A DNA stretch of 64,000 nucleotides from Hyphochytrium catenoides (Eukaryota > Protista > Hyphochytriomycota). The position numbers and the translations under genes are program-made. Below, one piece after another: positions 26,495 through 39,310 of this stretch; within the stretch, counting starts at the first letter, position 1, and every line of letters begins with the position of its first letter. A model generated the notes under the pieces. It did not search any database, was not told the origin of the DNA, and was given only the letters and a program-made list of their open reading frames with translations. Location: NCBI GenBank assembly GCA_900088475.1, contig FLMG01001070.1, forward strand, positions 1 through 64,000. The letters are read 5' to 3'.

Positions 26495-29359
26495 CTATGA
26501 TAGTCTTCCCCAAGGGTAGAGAAAGTCCTCTAGCTCCTGCCTTAGCGCTCCAGACACCTTCAGGCAGTCTCTATAAAGCTGACTTCGCATATATTCACTG
26601 TCAGACGCCCAGCCTACCCTCCTGTACTTGAAGGGAGAGACACTCTCCACTGTCGTCTTCTCCAAATCCGTCAAGAGCTGATCGAGCTCCTCCTCTCCGT
26701 CAAATAGCGTGCCTGTGAGGGAGGTCCGGTCATTCAGATTTTCTAGGTCCTCCACGAGTTTCACTCTAAGATCCCGTGGGAGCCCCGCGATCGCCTTCTT
26801 CATCCTTAACATCCGCCGCCAAACTGCCCGCAGAGCACTGAAGGAGCTTTTGGCCTCTCCGTAGCCATACCACAACGTCCCTCGCCCATCCTTGACATTT
26901 TCCGTGTGCCGATGGTCTAAGGATGAATATGATGGAAGTCAGTCTCTAAACCCTATGAACCGTCTTACCAAGAGTCTAATCTCTAACGCTAAGACTTATA
27001 AGTAATCCTATATGTCCCTTCCCACCCTGAGACATCCCAGATGAAGACAAAACCAGTTGCACTGCCTATATTGAGTTCCAGGATACTCTAGTTTTCTTTT
27101 CCCGTCGAGCCATATGTACTTACAGGAGATGGTAGCAGCTGCTGAAACGCCAAAAAGAGCTCCTAGAGTCTCTGCTATGTCCTTGTCGCTCTTCTGCGTG
27201 TAAACAGATTATAGGCAGGTTGCAGAAGGAGATTTCGCTCAGTTTCGGCATCATAGAGGTCATTATACAAGGGAAACGCGGACGCTGCGTAGGAGAAGGG
27301 CTATTGAATGAAGGTACAGAAGACAACGAAGAACAGTTACTCAGTGCGCAAGATCCCTAAGGATGACGACAGAGCAACTCAAAAAAGACAGGAGCATAGT
27401 CAGAGATAGGATAGAGGTAAAGGACGCATGCACAGACCTGGAGCTTCGTGACTTTCGTATGTATGAGGTTGCAAACCTCCAAATTAGCCTCAGACAGTGC
27501 TCCCCAAGTCAAGTCCGTCCGGCTCAATTTCATCTCTTTGATAAAGAGCTGGTCATCGTCAAGTAATGGCTTCTCCTCTACTTTCTTGTCCTGCGTTCTC
27601 TCCTGCTTGTTCTCTCCATTTTCTGCATTCTCTGACACTCTCGAATTCTCTGGCCGTGTCTCAGGCTGAATATCCTTTCCTCCAACTTTCTTTCCGGGGT
27701 TTCCAGTGACGTCCATGGCCTTTTCAGCCTTTCCCTCTGTGTCTCCAGCCTTTCCTTCTTCGGGGGGGTTACGACTGTCTGCCAGCGTTTGCTCGCCGTT
27801 GTCTCTCTTTGGCTCCGACTCCTCAGGCTTCATGTTCTCACTCTTCTCTATTCTATCTGATGTCGTAGGGTTACCATCATCGGCTCTATTACTCTTACTT
27901 TCCAGCTCCGGTCCAGGTTCCTGCAAGGTCGTCTTTCCATTCTGTGCCTGCTGCGGACTATTTCCATCCGCCTTGGCATCACGCTCATCACCTTTGCTAG
28001 GCTCCTCAGGCTCCTTCTTTCCCCCTTCCCTATCTACCTTTGCTCCGGTCTCTGCTTTCTTCTCAATCTCGGTTGCCTTGCTCAACCCATTTTGAGCTTT
28101 CACCGGCGCTGTACCATTGAGCGCACCGTTTTGGCTCTGCTGTAATTGCTGAGTCGAAGGAGGTGGCCTTGTGATCCCATATATTCTTGCCCACCGCGCC
28201 CTAACGCCTGTCAAGGGGACGTGGTTAGTATGATACTGACTGCCAACTCCAAGGCGCTATCATGGGAAAATCTACGTTGTTGCCTTCTTTGTTAATCTAT
28301 GTGTGTCCTTGCATTCAGGCCTTTGGGACACCGAATCCTCAAATAGTAGCAGCTCTTCCTCCAACCTAAACCTGCGCAGGAACTACCTACCTTTGTTTGG
28401 ATTCATCGAGAAAATGCTGTACGCTTTCTCAAAGTAGAGCTGAAAGGCTGCATGGTACTTCCTCAGCCCGAGCGGAGAATGTAGATCGAACTTCCGCAAG
28501 TCTAGGCCATCCACAAATCCTGAATTTACTGGGAGGAGAAAAAAGGTTCTCATGTTAGGCAGCTCTCTTAGTGTCTTCTTTGCCCGTCCTTATTCTAAAG
28601 TTCTCTTCATACCACTTGGCTCCCCTCTCCCTCTCCTGGCCCCACTCCCCTTTGCCCCAACAGAATCACCATCTCTCTCTTCCCCTGTTCCCTACCTCTC
28701 TACGACCTGCTCTATATGTGAGGATGGCAAAGTATACTGCCACTGGCCTCTTTCGCCCTTCCGTACATCTTTGCTAGCTCTAATGCTCACTTGCAATCGT
28801 ACACTCGCCGCACCCCCAACGCACAAGTGCACCGGTTCTCTTACACGACACCCCGTCCCGCGGAAACCCTACGTTAAGCAGGACCCGCTTGTCCACCTCC
28901 ATGAGAATGCCCTATCCTAATCCTCCGGCTCCCTGTCTCTCGCTTCTTTCTCTATCTCTATCTCTCTCTTCGTGGGCCTTGTCCTCTGTACGCACCTAGA
29001 CTTCCGTTTGATTCCGTGAGCACGCGCTTTTTGGGCAGCTTGTCAACGGTTGTGGCAAAGTTGCCGTCCCTCTTGCCTAAGTAGCTGCTTCCAGGCGTCT
29101 CTGCCTTTTTCGCTATTGCGCTCATGATACCTGTCTTGGTCTGTAGAAAGGAATCTGTGTTGACCTTCACGGCAGTTGAGGAGCTACCTGTCCCAGGTGT
29201 CGAAGTTGAGCCCGTGAGGTCCACAGATGAGCTATCAGCGGTTCCCGGAGTAGAGGACGGCTTTGGGGCGTGCAAGGCCGCATGAGTGACGCATACACCA
29301 CCTGCAATTTGGACTATTGCCCTCTTGTTGCACCCTGGCGTGGTGCAGGTCTTATACAT
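26495..29359 (-). CDS. Uncharacterised multi-exon protein: N-terminal WRKY19-like zinc finger (CTTPGCNK..GGVCVTH), long E/K/N-rich disordered middle, helical C-terminal domain
   Basis: ORFs 28958-29359, 27357-28214 and 26495-26875 are linked by GT-AG introns and small exons (VNSGFVDGLDLRKFDLHSPLG.., KSDKDIAETLGALFGVSAAATIS). Start codon uncertain. Confidence 0.65.
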
Positions 29360-30484
29360 CTCGGTGGCTTGCTCTCCCTCTTCTGACTCAGCCTCGGGGT
29401 GGTGCTGGGTCCGCCTCGCTCTCTTGGGTCATCACAGGGAGAGATAAGAGGATCTATAGTCCTATCTCTTGCAAATGAGTGAGGATGAAGTTTGCAGTAC
29501 TCGAGCAGGACTCTGGAAGTTGAAGTGCTTCTTTTGACACCACCTGCTTCCTCTACGGCAAGCGGCGGCCGTCTTGTGGTGGACACGCGTGCCCACTTAC
29601 TGGCTAAGCGTCAGAAGTACCACGGGCAAGTTGGGAGAGACAATTTATGACGCTTCAGAGCTGCGCTGGAGCTGCCCTGTATCTTCCAGCAGACCAAGTT
29701 GAACGATTGTGAGGTCGAGCAAGTTCAATGGCTGTTGGGCTTGATGACGGTCCTAGCTGTGTACGAGAGCGAGCGGCACGTACAGGCCATGAGAGCGGTC
29801 GTACGAGTAGTTCTGCGAGTAGAAGTAGGAGGATAATAAGAAAGGAAGAGCTCAACAACATGATTTGAGATAGAACCATACATAGAAGATAGACACAGAA
29901 TATGAAAGCGGAAAACCACACAGCCACAACCGAGAGATAGAGGGGGAGAGAGAAAGACAGAGGGATACTGAGAGAATGAGTGTGAGAGAGAGAGAAAGAA
30001 CATATAGGAGAGAGAGAGTTCAGGGAATAGACAGAGCAAGAGAGAGATACAGAGAAAGAGAGACAGAGAGAGAGAGAATGAAAGAAAGAGAAATGCTATG
30101 GTTCGCGGTGGTGGAGGAGTAAATGTAAACCACCACCACAGGAGGCACCCCCTGCTCATGGTTCCCGAGGCTATCACCCCAACGTTGCCTAAAGAGTGAA
30201 ATACAACAAAAAGATTCTGCTCTCGCCACTGCCCCCATGTCGCCAAAGGTGCCGTTCCTCGTTTCAAAACTATATGTAGAGGGGGATTCGCCCTTCATGG
30301 ACACCTCAGGGTCCTGGAGGAGGTCAGAGAGTGACGAAAGTTACCAATCTCAGCTACCAGCTCAAGGCTTGAGGACCTTCATCTGCCTCCTCCTCCTCCG
30401 CTACCTTGTAACAAAAGCGAGAAATCTTCCCATCTTTACTTCACATTCTCTCTCTCTCTGTGTCTCTTTCGCTGTCTCTTTCTT

Positions 30485-30519
<35 letters not shown>

Positions 30520-30950
30520 CTCTCCCTGTGTCTCTTTCGCTGTCTCTTTCTTTCTTTCTCTCTCTCTCTCTCTCTCTCTCGCGCGCTCTCTCTCTCGCTC
30601 TCTCTCTCTCTGTTACCCCCTTTCCCTTTCTGTTGAAGCTAGGGATTGAACTACCTTTGGTTGCCTTATCTCTCAACCGACCACGCTTCCTGGATTGTGA
30701 AGCTTGTGCTTCCTTTCAAGAGGCATCAAGAGGCAGTCTATCTATGGAGCAGACAGAAGAGAAAGTCTTTGACCTCTGGAGCCGTCACCTCAAGCTCTAA
30801 CATATTCACGGGCGAACCTGTGTGTCATGTTCCTAGCAGGGCAATAGCCTTTGGACCGCAGGCGAGGAACCACGGCGACAAAGGCAAGAGGGCTCAAGCA
30901 AGGTCTGCAGGAAAGAGTCGCTAGAGCTGTGGGGCAGGCTGTATAAGAGG

Positions 30951-33900
30951 ATGAATCGCAACCGCAGCAAGAGTGTTTTGAACCAGAAGAAGGTCAACAG
31001 CCCAATTCCGCAGCTGAGGAAGCGTACAGTCGCTCAGCCCGACCCTGTCGTCGCGCGTGTGGGGAATATTGTAAGCCAAGCACCCTGGTGCTCACTTCTT
31101 CTCCCTTAGATCAATCTAGTGGGCTTCTGTGTGAAGAACTCAGCCTCATGTCTTTCAAATGTCTTACGTTGCACCACGTAGTCTTTCAGCCTGCATTTTC
31201 TGGCAAGGTCCATGACTTATATACTCTCTTTGGTCCACCCATGGCGTACAAGTTGTCTAATCTTATCTACTCTTATCTTCTGTGCCTATAGCCTTCTTTT
31301 GCTAACGACTTCTGCTATTTGGCATAGCAAATCGGAGCTGAGATTGGGAAGGGCGGCTTTGGCACTGTCTTTCTGGGTCTCAGTCTCGAGACCGGTGCAT
31401 CGGTGGCAGTAAAACGCATATCGTTGCACGACATTGAGAAAGAAGAGCTCAGCGGCATCCAAGTAAGACGTGAGCCTCTCTTTGGCGTCCCTTGCAAAAG
31501 CTTTGGTCGCTTCTTATCTTCTATCTATCAGTCTGATGTGTGCTGGGCCTATGTTGTTCACTGCCTCCTTTTCTTATACATCTGTTGTCATTTTGGATCC
31601 TGTCTCTCCCCCGTTCCCTTTCGGCAAGCCTCTCATATTTCACTTGATGCCTCTATCTTTCTGCACCTCTAGCTCTCCATGTCTCTGTCTCTCTCTCTTC
31701 TCTTTCTTTTCTTCATCCTTGCTGTCTACTACTTATTTGCTGCCCTCCTCTGCCTCCATTCTCCTCTGTCGTTCCAGAGTGAGATTGATCTCTTGAAGCG
31801 GTTAAATCATGAGAATATCGTGAAATATTGCGACACGGTCCAGCAGTACAATTACCTATACATTATACTAGAGTGAGGACGACGACTTCTCTGTCCTAAC
31901 CCTGCCTTCTACCAGTTTAGATGCACTGTCTTCGAAATGGTTAAGGCGTTCTCATCTATGTAGCCCTTCTTTGCTTCGCCACACGGTGCTCTCAAGGGTC
32001 CCGCTGCGTTACCCTCTGTTCTAACAGGTATATGGAGAATGGCTCTCTGGCTCAAACATTGAAGAGATTCGGTACCCTTTCGGAGTCATTAGTGGCTATA
32101 TATATTGCCCAAGTCTTGAGGGGCTTGGCATATCTTCATGAGCAAGGTTCGCACTCTGCGTCATCTCGCCGCCCTGTCTCTTGATAGGTCTCATCACCAT
32201 GACCCTTACGTGCTTTCCTGAAGCCATTTGTCTCCCCTTTGTGGTCGCTAGCGTAACCACGATATGTTTCTCTCTTGCCTACGAAACCCATACTCTTTGC
32301 CTGCTGTTTTACTTACCCATCTCTTCCGCTTCATGCTCCCTTTCCACAATTGTTGTCGGCAGGCGTGCTACACCGCGATATAAAGGGGGCCAACATTCTC
32401 ACGTCGAAGGACGGCGTGGTTAAATTGGCCGACTTTGGCGTAGCTGTGAGATTAGGGGACGCTCAGAAGAGCAACTCCGTCGTGGGAACCCCCTACTGGA
32501 GTAAGCCTGCATGCATCTCGGAATGGTGTCCTTGTGGTCTCTATCTATCTAGTGTCAGAGTCCTTCTTATTGCTCTAGCCTCCCCCCATTTGCGAATCTC
32601 CACCCCTTGCCCCCTCCTTAGCCTGCCATGTTACGGCGCTCTGTTTTAAGGTTATTTTTTCTTCTCCCTCCAGTGGCTCCGGAGATCATTGAGATGGTGG
32701 GCTGCACTGCGGCGTCTGATATTTGGTGAGTGGTAGGAAAGTCTCTGCCCCTGAAAAGACACCGTCACTTCAGCCGCAGATTGCATTTTGTTGCTTCTCC
32801 AATGGTCTTCTTTTTTAGTTAGGTTCCACCCTTATAAGCTACAGGTCATCCTGTCCAATAGTTCTCTCTCCTATGTACTCATTGAGCTTACAACGTGAGA
32901 AACCACTGTTATTGTAGGAGTGTGGGTTGCACAGTGATCGAGCTTTTAACTGGAAAACCACCTTACTTTGACCTTGCCCCAATGGCTGCACTATTTCGTA
33001 TAGTTCAGGACCCTTATCCGCCGGTTCCAGAGGGGTTGTCGCCGGTAAGTTTGCCTCACTCTCTCTCGTTGGCCACACCCCGGACAATAGTGCTTTTGGG
33101 CTCTACCGGTTTCCTCTCTTCGTTACTGAAGCTCTTTATCGGTCTCAGGCCTGCCGGGAATTTTTGATGAAGTGCTTCAGTAAACACCCTCCGCATCGTG
33201 GCACTGCGACGGAACTCTTAGAAATGCCTTGGATCACGTCAGCTCCTAGAAGGAATCTTAATCAGGTAACAATGCCATTCAAGTGCGAGAAGGAGACTTC
33301 TTCGAAGCCATTTTCGGCCCAAAAAGGTGGACTCTGTCGTCTTCAACAACCTTTGGCACCTCTGGCGCTAATTTTTCTTGCCTGGCGACTTTTTTCCAGT
33401 GTCGGGGAAGCTTTGCTTATGCTTTTGATTTTGGAAAGAGAAATGCGTTACATGGCTAGCTGATCTCATTGATCTGCTCATAAAATTACTGCCTCACTGA
33501 CGCTTTCCATCCCCTCAACTCCTAAATATAGCAAAGCAAGCGCCTCATAGAGACCATTAGTACGACTGAGGACAGCGGGATCAGCCAAGTCATCGCTAGA
33601 GAGAGGACCTTAAGAGGGCTTTCCCCTTCATGGCCTGCGGAAGAGAAAGAAAACAGGAGAAGAAGCAAGAAAGACTCGGACTTGGAGAGAAGCAGAACTC
33701 GGACTACTTCAGACGCTAACCAGGGTCCACGAACGCCAAAGTGTACGTAAGAGATAAAGCGCACAGTCCTTCCTACATAGGTGTTGACTACCTGTCTCTC
33801 TTCCTACCAGCACCCAGAGGGCCCAAACTCCCATCACCAACAGCATCTCCAAGAAACAAGGAAAAGATGGCGAAGGATAAGGGGGAGGAAGAAGAGGAGC

Positions 33901-36900
33901 TCTGGGATACTGAGGAGACTACAGATAACTCAGCTTCTGTTCGCCATGGTCCGGTAGGTGCAACATTTGCCATTAGAGGGTACTGGCACGCGTTTGCCTG
34001 CTAGTGTGATTCTCTTTCTTCTGTTTGCCTCTGGTTTTGGGTTTTCTACAAATCGATGCAGGAATTCAGTCCTTTCTCGCACGATGTGACTTCCTCGGAT
34101 CGCCCGGGTGTGCGGTGTGTGTCTCTAGCTGGCCGGGTCTGAGCATAGCTCTATGTATCTCTTCGGAAACTAGCTCGGGATGGAAGTATTCTATAGATTC
34201 AAAAATTCTGCTTACGTTTGACTTTCCCATCTAGTTCGCGCACCTGCGGCTGGGGCAACAAGATTCTCCAAGATCCAAGCCGCCAGGTAGGTTATGGGGC
34301 CTTGAGCATCTTGACCCGGCTACGCTGTTTATGTACCCTATCTCCGCCCCTCTATGGCCTAGGTGACCCTACCTTTGGCAAAAGCAGCATAGTCTTATAT
34401 CCTTTTCTTCCTCTCATGTCTGCTCCTGGCTATGCTCTCATTCTGACTATGTGTACCAGCCTCGCTTGTTATAGATGCTGATGCTTTGGACGACTGGGAG
34501 GATGATGACGACGAAGGGAAGTCAAGTACCTCGGAGAAGAAGGTACGTCTTTTCAACTTTGCGGAGGCGCAGGCCACGTATCAGCCCGTGGAGTAAGATA
34601 TCCTCCACTGTTATTGACATTTGTATCCACAAATCGTCAGACGGCAGGTACAAGCTCGGGCACACAGAGCGCGTCCTCTACGCTTCGTCTTCTCTCTCTG
34701 GATGCCACGCCCACTGCCCGGCTGCAAAGATTTAAAGAAGTGGAGTCAGAAGACCTGGAGGGCCTAGATTTGCAAGTCGGAGAGAATCAGGTCAACAAAC
34801 TTAACAATCTAAATTTTCCAAGATAGACTGCTGTCGCTCTTCACTACTCTTTATATAATAGGCAGCATATCCGTCCTTCTACTAAAAGCTGCTTGCCCTC
34901 GGTGCCACCTTTCTCCCTTCATGTTCAGCCAATAACTATAATTTTGATACCCTCTCTTACTTGCTTCAGAAGGGAAAAGCGAGCCAAAGCGCTGAAAGGC
35001 TTGATCTTGCACAGAGACTAAGGCAGAGAATGTCCCAGCTCAGTGAGGTGAGTCGCTCGGCCTTCACGTCCAATGACGATAGAGTCTCACTTTGACCCTC
35101 CAATCTTCTTGTTTGTGCGTTGAAAGGCGGAAAACACCATCTCGTGGCAGGATGACTTTGAGGAGGAGGGTAGGAATGCGAAAGTGATACGTTCTAGCTA
35201 CTTAACCGCAGCACAGCCTTCCGTGCCATTCTCCAAGTCAATGATCATCCAGCCTCTTCTGTCTTCCTTCTATCTCCTTGCTCACTGCTCCGGCTGACAC
35301 GATCTGTTCTTGTGACATCCCTATCTTTCCGGATCCCGATGCAATTTCAAAGACCTGGAGGAGTCCGCTGACCGCGATCTGATTGCTAAACAAAGCACAA
35401 TGATTGCTACCCTCTTGAGGCAGCTTGAGACGTCAAGCAGTGATGCTGCAGTCCTCCAGGCATGCAATGAGCTGGTAAGCAACCCTCATAAAAGATTAAG
35501 GTGAATCGGGGAGCGGAATGGCTGCACGTATGAGGGAATATAGCACCGACGAGGTGGTAAATGGAAGCGCTCATATATGATTAGGCGAAAAGACAACAAG
35601 GGAGCAAGTGCAGCTAGGGTCACACTAGAAACCTGAGTATTAGGTGCCCAAACAGTAGACCTGATAAAAGAAGGAAAATGCTTGGTGGTCTCTCTGAAGT
35701 ACTGAAGTCAAGCTCAAACTCTCTGGGTACGTTTTGCTGTAGGAGTCAGCTCTTAGCGAGAGCTCTGTCGATCAACGGGCAGCCATAGTACGGTCGCAGA
35801 ACGGTATCATCCCGCTTCTCATGGACGTTCTGGACAGAAAGAGTCCAGCTGTGCTACTTGCTGTGCTGAGGCTTATGCAGCTGGTTAGTAAAATCTATGT
35901 ACTCACCATTTTCGTCTGTCTTTGCTCTCTATGGATACCAGCCATTTATCTTTTTGAATCCCCCGTCTCTATTTGGCATCTCGGCTCTCTTCTCGCTACG
36001 GCGATATGAACGGATCTCCAGCCGCTTTCTTTTTGGTACTCCAGACTGTGGCATAAATATCGTGCGCTCATGCCTCGAACATGCTTTCCCTCCATCCGCA
36101 GCTCACTGAAGAGAACAAGAAGCTTCAGGAGAATCTATCTCTTGTTGGATTTATCCCTATTGTCATTCGGATAGTCAGCTCATCAAGGCCAAAAGCTGAT
36201 GACGGCGTGTTGGGTGGGAGATCACCCAGTAGTGGCCGGCAGGGAAGGGAGGGATCGGGGGAAAAGGAGTCAATAGAAGACGAGGACCCAAAGTTACAGA
36301 TCCGAATGGAAGCTGCCAAGCTCATCCACAAGATATGCCGCACGTCCACTCTCACTTTACAAATGTTGATAGCGTGTGGGGGCCTAGCGGTGAGAGAACG
36401 CGACAACTCTATTCTCGCCTGCTCGTCCTCTATTGCTACATATGTACCTGGCTACGTTGCAGTATTAACGCTGCCTCCGTATCGATGCAGGTGCTAGTCA
36501 ACTTTCTTGACATCTCAGACGCTCGCTACCAGCCACTCGTAAAGATTGGTCTGGATGGCATTGTCAGCGCTTTCAATCTTCCGGTATGTTTGCCGCCTTA
36601 AGGTCTTCTGGTGCTTGTCAATAACCTTTCGTCCGACATCCCACTAGACAATATCGAAGAATGACTTTTGCCGACTTTTTGCAAAGAGTGGGCTTTTACG
36701 GAGGCTCATGGTTGTCTTTGGCCACATTCTCAAAGAGGTTGGAAGCCACTCCTTGCTCCCCATTCTCTTCTTCCCTTGTTTCGGCCGAAGATCGACCGGC
36801 CCTTCTCTTCTCCACCAAACACAACATTATCCACCACTAAGATGGGCGACGTTGACGTTAATCACCATTTCACCTGCTGTTCTAGTTCTCAAGCCTGACA

Positions 36901-38960
36901 TCTGTTGGCTTACCTCCTTCCTCTGTCTTTGCCCTGAAAACCGCTTTGATTGTGCGGACAGATCTATCCATCCCCAGACGCCGCCTCGTCTACCCAGTCG
37001 GAATGGCAACGGAAGGATCTGGAGGATGTGAGCGAAATTTTTCTTCTCTTCTCGCAAGGAGATGGCGAGGTGAAGCAACACATGGTTGAGACCGATGTAC
37101 TACAAGGTAATAGGACCAGGCCTAATACGCGTTTAGACTTTCCTCGCGCCAAAAGAATGCGTGAGCTGAGTTGCCAGGCCATACCTCATTTTGGTGCATT
37201 ACCTCATCGGAGAGTCGCTCTGTTCCTTGCTTCTAGCTCTCTTGCGCTCTCCTCTCATCAAGCCCCTCTCTCTTTCTCTGTTATTCTCCATTCTTTCTTC
37301 TCCCGTTTAATAACTCCTCTTCGGATCTGTCTCCCTCTGCTTTCCCTTAATCTTACTATGCAATTCTGCACTCACTCCCCACAGGTCTCCTTCAGGTCTT
37401 GAGGCCCTCGTCACCGTCGTTACTGCTCGACGACTTCTATTCCTGGATCACGTTGAAATTGGTGAAATGTATCAGAAACCTGAGTATGGACCTGAACACC
37501 CTAGACCAACTCTTTAAAGCTGGGACCATCGCGGTGCTTCTTGGGCTTTTGAAGATTAGACAGGGGCCCCATTTCAAGGTATACAGTGGTGGACTTGAAT
37601 GGATGCGTTCTGGGACTTGGTGTGCAGTGCAATCAACGACAATACCGTCTTTTATTGCTCCAAAGCCGTGAAGCGAACATTCATTGTGGCGCTCTGTCTC
37701 TAATCAATCTCCTCTGTATATTTGACGTTTTCTAATGGGAGTGTAGGAAATCCAAAGCCATGGAATCCATGCAATGTATTACCTCTGCCAGCTAAACAAG
37801 TCTCGTCAGACGAAGGTGTGGAAGAGATAGCCACTTAAGCCGCGTACTCCAGTTCCTTCGTCTGGATCCCTTGTTCTTCCTGTGTTATAAGCTGAAAGCT
37901 GCCGTGAGCTTCTCCTCCGGCCGCTTACCCGACCGGATATCAGTCTCTAAATTGTAACAACGTTTTGCTCGCGTGGACGTAGGCGGCAGAACTGGGACTG
38001 ATCCCTGAGCTGCTCACCGTCATACATGATCGTAGTCCAATGAAGCAGTTTGCCATGCAGCTGCTGATGGACCTAGCGCACGCATCCACCTCTTCCAGAG
38101 AGGAGCTTCGAGCCAATGATTGTGGCAGCTTCTTTGTCAGACAGCTGACAGAGAAATACTGGCAAACAATCGCTTTGAACTCGCTTGCAGCGTGGTAAGT
38201 AAGGATGTTCTACAGCACCAACTCCTGACAGGTTGGGAAACCGAACTGTAAGACGCCTGGACTTACTGAGAAGAGCTTCATATTGATTGGCTGTTAGAGG
38301 AATGTTGGATGACATCCGTCCACACTTCACTGCCCTCGTGACATATCAAGCTTCTGACCCCGTTTTCCTAAATCCTAGGTTAGTGAACGAGCCGAGCTAC
38401 ATTGAGCAGGTGCTCTTGGAGCCCGAGAATCTCCAACGACTAGTAGCTTTGTTTCGGACGGCTCAGGGTGAAGACTTTGAGCAGATCACCGAGACCTTTC
38501 AAGAAATGGTAGTCCGGTCGACTGCTCTGAACCAGGTAAGCGTTCTTCATATACATGCGCTCCTTTCCTTACAATATCGCGCTGCTATGAGCCTTCTTCA
38601 CCCTAAATATTCCCTATCTTTCCCGCTTGTTTGTTCCTAACATCCATTTCTTCTCTGCCTCCGTCTCTACCGCAAATTCGCCTTTTCCATTCTTGCCAGG
38701 CTTTGGGCCGTTCCTCTCTCTTTGTGGCGGAGATTGTCGAGAGGGTGCGCTATCCTAAGGCCAAAGTGCGGAAAGACCTTTTGCAGCTGTTGAAGTCCAT
38801 TATTGAAGGGCATCAGCATCCCAAACAGCTCATTTTGGAGCACAATCTATCACGCACTGCCAGGGAGTGCGCTCTGGATCCCGTGCAAGTGTTGGTGCGA
38901 GCAGTAGCGCACAATCTGGAGCAGATAATTATTAAGATCGTGACGACTCCGGGCTGGTGA
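30951..38960 (+). CDS. STE-group kinase of the Cdc15/SepH/S. pombe Cdc7/plant MAP3K-epsilon type with C-terminal ARM-like repeats (>20 exons)
   Basis: [71 protein letters not shown]; C-terminal [36 protein letters not shown]. Confidence 0.92.
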
Positions 38961-39310
38961 CACTGATGGGATTCTCCCATAGCTTTAGCCCTTAAGGGAC
39001 AGAAATGTCCGACCAAGAAGACGGAAGAACAGGAGAAAGAACCCTTATTTATTAACAAAGATGGGTCTGTCAAGACTTAGCAGACCTGGGAATATGTAAA
39101 AGAAGACACTTTTAACGGATCTCTGGCTCCGTCAAACGTCCGCGGTCTACTAGAACATCGGTCCTAATAAATCTCCACCTTTGTCAAGGTTAGCTTGAGC
39201 GACAGAACCACGAGTTAAATGACCAGTATTTAGTGATTCCCAAGACAAAGCTAGGACAGCGTGAGGACTAGTATGCTCTATCGTCTATGTAGCTCCGAGC
39301 TTCTGGCTCT

